The notes beneath the pieces were generated by a model. The model was not told where the DNA came from and ran no database searches. It was given only the letters and a program-made list of their open reading frames with translations. Both the position numbers and the translations under genes were made by a program. From Nemertoderma westbladi (lineage: Eukaryota; Animalia; Xenacoelomorpha), in contig JAUCBJ010002612.1 of NCBI GenBank assembly GCA_032718475.1, positions 1 through 37,116 on the forward strand: a DNA stretch of 37,116 bases, given 5' to 3'. Positions 31,455 to 37,116 of the stretch are shown piece by piece; positions within the stretch are counted from its first letter, which is position 1; each line of letters begins with the position of its first letter.

Positions 31455-34045
31455 AGTTCAGATTGTGTGCTACTTTCCAACTATTGTTGCCCCTGTAGAG
31501 GAGGTGGAAAATTTCTACCACAGTGTACAATCTGATCTACCACAATCTGATGGAGTGGATCAGCATGCATTCTTAACATTCCTGGGAGACTTTAATGCAA
31601 GTCTGCATCAATCACCTGCATCGCCCTGGGTCTATAGCGATAGTGTAAACAGAAATTCCATCCATCTTCCGGATTTTATCTCTGAAAATGGATTATTTTC
31701 GGCTGGAACCCAGTTCAAGAAGCGAACTGGAAAGCTATGGACTCATAGTGGACCCAGTGGTCACAAGTCCCAGATAGACCATATTATGTTTCGTAGGAAA
31801 TACAGGAGCTCAATGCATTTATACTTCGACCCTTCTCCAGTGATCACCGCCTTATTGTTTGCAAGGTAATACTTAGTGTGCGTGCTAGCAGAATAACGAA
31901 ATCTGCCTTGCCGCGACATGACTGGTCCTCTCTGTTGCAACAGCCAAGTGTGAGATCCAGCTTCACACTACAGCTGAGCAACAGGTATGAGGCTCTTGCC
32001 TCTGAGGCGGCAGATCACTGTGAGGGCTATACTGCCATCACTGAAGCAGTTAAGTTAGAAGCTGCAGAAACAGTTCCTGTTTATCCTCAAAACAGGCAAA
32101 GGGCCCCCTTGACTGACCACAAAATTCAGAAGTTCCGAAATGACCTCTATAAGGCACAGAAAGAGTCCAGGCTCAAACAGACTACAGCGGCCAAGAATGC
32201 AGTTAAGGCTGCATCTAGGTCCCTGAACAGGCAGTACTCTGTTAATCTACAGGAGCTAATATACTAACAGGTTGATACCATCAATGATGCTGATGACAGC
32301 AGGCAATCATCCCAGGCAAGGAAATCGATCAACTAGCTTACTGGCGGAAACGCCAACCAACCGCCAAGGTTAAGGCTGAATCACCAGCCGATCGCCTCAA
32401 TGGTTGGAAGGCCCACTTTGAAAAGCTCCTCAATAATGACAGGGTATTGCCTGATAACTTTATAGACGTAAAAGTGTCTGAGTCTACTCCCAGATATTCC
32501 CATTGGCGATATCTCCTTTGCAGAAGTGAAGGCTGCTGCAAAGAGCATTAAGACCAATCGTGCCAGTGGAGTAGATGGTGTTCCCCCTGAGGTCTTTAAA
32601 ATACCTGAGTGTTTAAAGCTCATCTATCCCATCATAGTAGACATGTACCGAACAACAAGAGTCCCACAAGAAATGAAAACAAATAAGTTGGTGCCAGTTC
32701 CCAAGAAGGGCAACCTAACACTCTATGGTTATTTTCGGGGAATCTCATTGATCTCGATTGCTGCAAAGCTATACAATAGAATTATATTAAATCGCATCAG
32801 GGATCCCATTGAGAGACTGCTCCGTGGAAATCAGAATGGGTTCCGTAAAGGTCGTGGGACCATGGAGCCCATTTTGGCACTTAGAAGGATAATTGAAGAG
32901 TTATCAAAAAAGAAAGACAGGCATCTGGCTGTTATCTTTGTTGACTTCTTCAAGGCCTTTGATTCAATCTCTCGCTCACGTATGTTCAGCATACTTTCAT
33001 TATATGGGATTCCTGATGAAATTATTGCAGCAATCAGATCAGTTTACGATGGTTCGACAACATTTGTGTCTACTGTTGTTGACGGTGACACAGAACCATT
33101 TGAAGTGTTATGGGGCGTCCTCCAGGGAGACACACTTGCACCATTCTTGTTAATAATTGTGGTTGACTATGTTCTACGCATGTCCTTAGATCATCATAAT
33201 GATGATAACTCCACCTACTGGCTCCAGAAGTCGATGAAGTCCTGCCAAATACCTAACTGATCTAGACTTTGCTGATGACTTAGGAGTACTCTCAGTATCA
33301 CTAGAGGGAGCCCAATGGCTCTTCAGCTCATTAGAACATGTTGCTTCTAGTGTTGGTATTTTTATTAAGTTCAGAAAGACCAAAATTTTGACAGTTAACT
33401 TTGAAAGTCCTCAGCAAGTCTCTGGCCGGATGAGCATAAGCTCAAAGGATGGTATGCTTGAGCATGTGGACGACTTATGTTACCTGGGATCATGGATCCG
33501 GAAGTCAGGTGAGGGCCTTCGAATACGTAAGGGAAAGGCATGGGCAGCCTTGAATAGGCTTTCCAGGATTTGGAAGTCACCGAGAATTAATCGGAAACTT
33601 AAGGTCCGATTATTTAGAGCAGCAGTAGTTCCAGTACTCCTCTATGGGAGTCCATGCTGGGCTCTAACTGCTGAGGACACCAAATCTCTGGAGGGCACAT
33701 TCACAAGAATGCTACGCCGGGTTCATTGTGTCAATTACGATGCACACATCACCAACTAGACACTATATAAGATTGGAGGTCTCATTGGTTCTCCCAAGCT
33801 TGACACTAGAACAAAATCGCCTCCGCTTTGCCGGACATTGCTTTCGCCGTGAGGACCAGCCAGTGCATAATCTTGTACTGTGGCAGCCTCATGGAGTGAA
33901 TAAGCATGGTAGACAGCCCATGACTTTCTTGAAACGCATCTTAAAGGACACTGGCCTTGAAGATACGGATGATCTAACAAATGTCATGGGTGATAGGGAG
34001 TTGTGGTGGAGCAATTTTGTCGACAAGCCGGCACAGCATTCTTAA
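31455..34045 (+). pseudogene. 5'-truncated, frameshifted RTE-type LINE (APE endonuclease + RT)
   Basis: EN motifs GDFNA and WTH...SQIDHI. RT motifs KKG...RGISL, QNGFRKGR, FVDFFKAFDS, GVLQGDTLAPF and TDLDFADD (~33255-33280). C-terminal RLRFAGH...DRELW. Multiple stops and frameshifts. Confidence 0.92.
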
Positions 34046-34084
34046 AAATGCAGCTGCAATGCAGCATGCCGATCCTAGTAGTAT

Positions 34085-34670
34085 TAACTCCAAAAAGACC
34101 CAACATTTTAACAGTTAACTTTGAAAGTCCTCTGCAAGTCTCTGACCGGATGAGCATAAGCTTAAAAGGATGGTATGCTTGAGCATGTGTACGACTTCTG
34201 TTACCTGGGATCATGGATCCGGAAGTCAGGTGAGGACCTTCGAATACGTAAGGGAAAGGCATGTGGGCAGCCTTGAATAAGCTTTCCAGGATTTGGAAGT
34301 CACAGATAATTAATCGGAAACTTAAGTTCCGATTATTTAGAGCAGCAGTAGTTCCAGTACTCCTCTATGGGAGTCCATGCTGGGCTCTAACTGTTGAGGA
34401 CACCAAATATCTGGATGGCACATTCACAAGAATGCTACGCCGGGTTCATTGTGTCAAGTACAATAAACACATTCTCCAACCAGACACTATATAACATTGG
34501 TGGTGTCTCATTGGTTCCCCCAAGCTTGACACTAGAACAAAATCGCCTCCGCTTTGCAGGACATTGCTTTCGCCGTGAGGACCAACCAGAGCATAGTCTT
34601 GTGCTTTGGCAGCGTCATGGAGTGAAAAAGCATGGTGGACAGCCCATGACTTTCTTGACACGCATTTTAA
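34085..34670 (+). pseudogene. Second partial copy of the LINE 3' region
   Basis: Aligns to ~33375-33944 with scattered substitutions and small indels; stops at TTAA 34667-34670. Confidence 0.9.
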
Positions 34671-34860
34671 CCCTATTAAACCGGGGAGGTTCAATATGAC
34701 CCCCCGTGCTTTTTTTATTTTAATTCTGAAACAAACGCAGTTGGGAATCTGAAATTTTATGACTTTTCCTAAAAATCTAATATCTTCCTAGTAGTGAAAA
34801 CTGATCTTTCTATTTTCTAATGTGTTCTGTAAAAAGATTTATCCGTTGCCCTGGCGATTT
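34667..34860. mobile_element. piggyBac-like transposon end; far end not identified, right boundary approximate
   Basis: LINE homology ends at TTAA, followed directly by CCCTATTAAACCGGGGAGG. TTAA|CCY is the piggyBac junction signature. Confidence 0.55.
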
Positions 34861-35434
34861 GGTAATGCAAAATTAATTCTACACAAATAAATAAAAATAT
34901 GTAGATTTGGCGATATTGAATTTATTATTATTACAGTACTAAAGAATAATTTATTTACTTAGTGACAGACCACCACCAGTGCGAAATAAGTATTATAATA
35001 AATAAATATTAAAGATAAAAACCACAACCTAATATATAAGTTGATACCTTTGTTCACTTTTTATAACATAGGCCATATCGTGGTGACCATAGGGCCAAAA
35101 AGTAAAGTTTCGTGGAAGCGGCCACAAATCAATCTCATTTGCCTCTGTTTTGATCTCTTCACTTTTAGAACGGAGGACTGGGAAGATACAATCAGAATTT
35201 TTAAAGTGGAGCTTTCAGAAAAATTGGGATGAAAAGAGTGGTTTTTTTCAATTTACAGCGTGGTATAGTATAACATCACGACATAAAATTAATACAGTAT
35301 TACTCTAAAGCTGTTGCTTGTTTAGCCACAGGATTGATTTTCATCTTTCATCACAGAGATAGAAGACTTGGTTTATGTGATGTTTATCATCTGATTTGTA
35401 CAACTTGGATGTTGCAGCTTTACCTATTTTCTCA

Positions 35435-35723
35435 AAATAAAAAAAATAAAGTGAAAAGTAAATTTTCTTCGGCCGCTAGGCCAGGGATTACGCACAAAGT
35501 CTGACAACTTATTTCCAGTGCGGCCCCCTCAGAAGTTTACTCCCCAGAGGAAACTGCAGTACTCATTTAGCTACCACTTAGGATGCAAGGCAGAGATGTG
35601 CCCTGACTGGTCCCTTTAGATCATTCGTATCGAAACGAAAACTGCCCCGGCCCATTGTGAGGGTCGAACCCACGACCTACGGGAGATGTGAATTCAATGC
35701 AACCACTACACCAAGGTGGGACC
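35435..35723 (-). mobile_element. tRNA-derived SINE, MetaSINE-like core
   Basis: Minus strand: A box TGGTGTAGTGG (35713-35703), B box GGTTCGACCC (35670-35661), central CTCTGCCTTGCATCCTAAGTGGTAGCTAAATGAGTAC resembling the Meta domain as I recall it, and a T-rich tail. Confidence 0.78.
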
Positions 35724-35893
35724 TTGGACCAATAAAATAACGCAAATTTAGGGGTGGAATTATTTTATTGTGTGTGGTGTGTGTTGTTCTGGTTCAATGG
35801 CCACGATATTGCGCAATGTATAATAAATGAATAATAAATAACCCTAACATAGAAAAAACCAACAAGTCATTATAGCAGCATTAAGGGGTTAGT

Positions 35894-35927
<34 letters not shown>

Positions 35928-36002
35928 CCCACCCTTCCCCCACCGCCCATTAAAGGTGTGAGTTTGTGTGAGTATGTAACAATCATTGTTTATAAGCAAC
36001 GA

Positions 36003-36728
36003 TTAACTCGATTGATCTGGATCATATTCAATCCACATCTCGGATCCTTGTGCCTTGGATAAGTTACCCTGAGACCAATATATTCCGTACGATGGGTTCT
36101 TCATGTATTTCGTACTGTATTTCTGGCCATTAAGATTCCCATCGCTATTGTATTTATACCACCAACCTCCGCCTTCACTGTCACCGTCACCGTAGTAATT
36201 AACCAGATTGTCCGACGAATTTTGATCGCGATCAATATCCTTCGTGCTGAAACCCGTACCATTTACAGGCGTTAAGGCATCATAAGCTTCATATATGGTA
36301 GGAGAGCCTACCACATCTTCCAAACCTTCGTATGAACCGGGTTTATAGTAGCCAGAAACTGAAAGTTTATAGTCGGATTCACTAAGACTGAATCTAGTAT
36401 ATGAGCTACAGTAGTAATATCCGTTACAATCAATTCTAATACCTAAACGGAATACTGATCCAGGTACATTGACTATACTTTTTATGTTGTCTAAGCCCAG
36501 CCAATAACTTTCTTGATAGATTCCGAAACCTTCAACGTATTCATCCCAACTTCGATTAAATGATACATTATCTGTTCTCATTTGTCTTTGTATCGTAATA
36601 GACTTTCCTTTGCATCTGATCAGAGTTTGTCCTATAGCATTAAGCAAATTGCATATTCCAATCATGTAAGGGCAATTGTTAACAACATAGTTTATGCAAA
36701 ATCGTTTGGTTGGGGATGTCACATGCTT
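36003..36728 (-). CDS. Fibrinogen C-terminal domain (FReD/ficolin/angiopoietin-like) protein, terminal exon
   Basis: Motifs IQRQ...SFNRSWDEYVEGFG...YWLGLDNI, YKLSVSGY, FSTKDIDRD, GGGWWY, NLNG, GIYW. The ORF-track start is TTG inside an acceptor TTCTATTGCAG| (AG at 36730-36729). Minus-strand AATAAA at 35769-35764. Confidence 0.9.
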   Translation of the reverse strand, partial: KHVTSPTKRFCINYVVNNCPYMIGICNLLNAIGQTLIRCKGKSITIQRQMRTDNVSFNRSWDEYVEGFGIYQESYWLGLDNIKSIVNVPGSVFRLGIRIDCNGYYYCSSYTRFSLSESDYKLSVSGYYKPGSYEGLEDVVGSPTIYEAYDALTPVNGTGFSTKDIDRDQNSSDNLVNYYGDGDSEGGGWWYKYNSDGNLNGQKYSTKYMKNPSYGIYWSQGNLSKAQGSEMWIEYDPDQSS

Positions 36729-37116
36729 CTGCAATAGAACAACTTTATATATTAGTATACGAATGACTTATTAGTGAGATCAGTTTGATATAATTTTTTT
36801 GGAATTATTACTTTCTTGACCAATTTAGCTTTTTATTCATACAGTAGTGACGGGCCTAGCGGCCAGATAAGGAACCGGCCTTTTATTTCATAAAAAAAAG
36901 TCAACCGGTAGGGGTTACAAATCCGAGTTTCTGAAATCTGTGAGTCTTGTAATAAATTGGAGTTCTCGGTTACAAATTGGTGGTAAACACAAAATATTTC
37001 GAAGATCGCGACTCATCGCGATCGGCGATTTTCGCAAAAATCGCGACGTTTGCGAAATTTCGCTATCTTCGCCGAAGAATTGTTCAAAATTGTTGCCCTA
37101 ATGAGTGGACTGCATG

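Noticed and set aside
35650-35723. Functional tRNA gene
   Set aside because: A and B boxes are present but there is no clean cloverleaf, and it continues into a SINE core and tail.
35881-35892. Right end of the piggyBac-like element (TTAAGGGGTTAG)
   Set aside because: Poor match to the left terminus CCCTATTAAACC, no TTAA after GGG, and LINE sequence does not resume.
37000-37116. TCGCG/TTCGC-rich segment at the right edge
   Set aside because: Possibly another transposon arm, but truncated by the window and not classifiable.

Overview
Repeat-rich eukaryotic DNA, most likely from an invertebrate animal. It opens with ~5.9 kb of a C-free, G-rich 16-bp minisatellite. The main feature is a complete, apparently young 12.7-kb BEL/Pao-type LTR retroelement (6761-19441) with 1256-bp TG..CA LTRs (~8 differences by eye) and a GATTT target-site duplication. 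Its intact 1645-aa ORF encodes Gag plus protease only; RT, most of RNase H and integrase are missing, with short remnants kept in frame. It has no tRNA primer-binding site. The 11 nt after the 5' LTR are instead exactly complementary to an 11-mer just downstream of the LTR TATA-like box, the layout of Tf1-type self-priming. It also has an ATG-depleted 2.1-kb leader with a duplicated structured RNA module, and a long hairpin followed by a decayed accessory ORF region. Downstream are three non-autonomous DNA-transposon-like elements, a 68-bp minisatellite, a probable host exon, a pseudogenised RTE-type LINE with a partial second copy cut at a TTAA by a piggyBac-like end, a tRNA-derived SINE, and the last exon of a fibrinogen-domain gene. 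All comparisons were made by eye; no searches were run.
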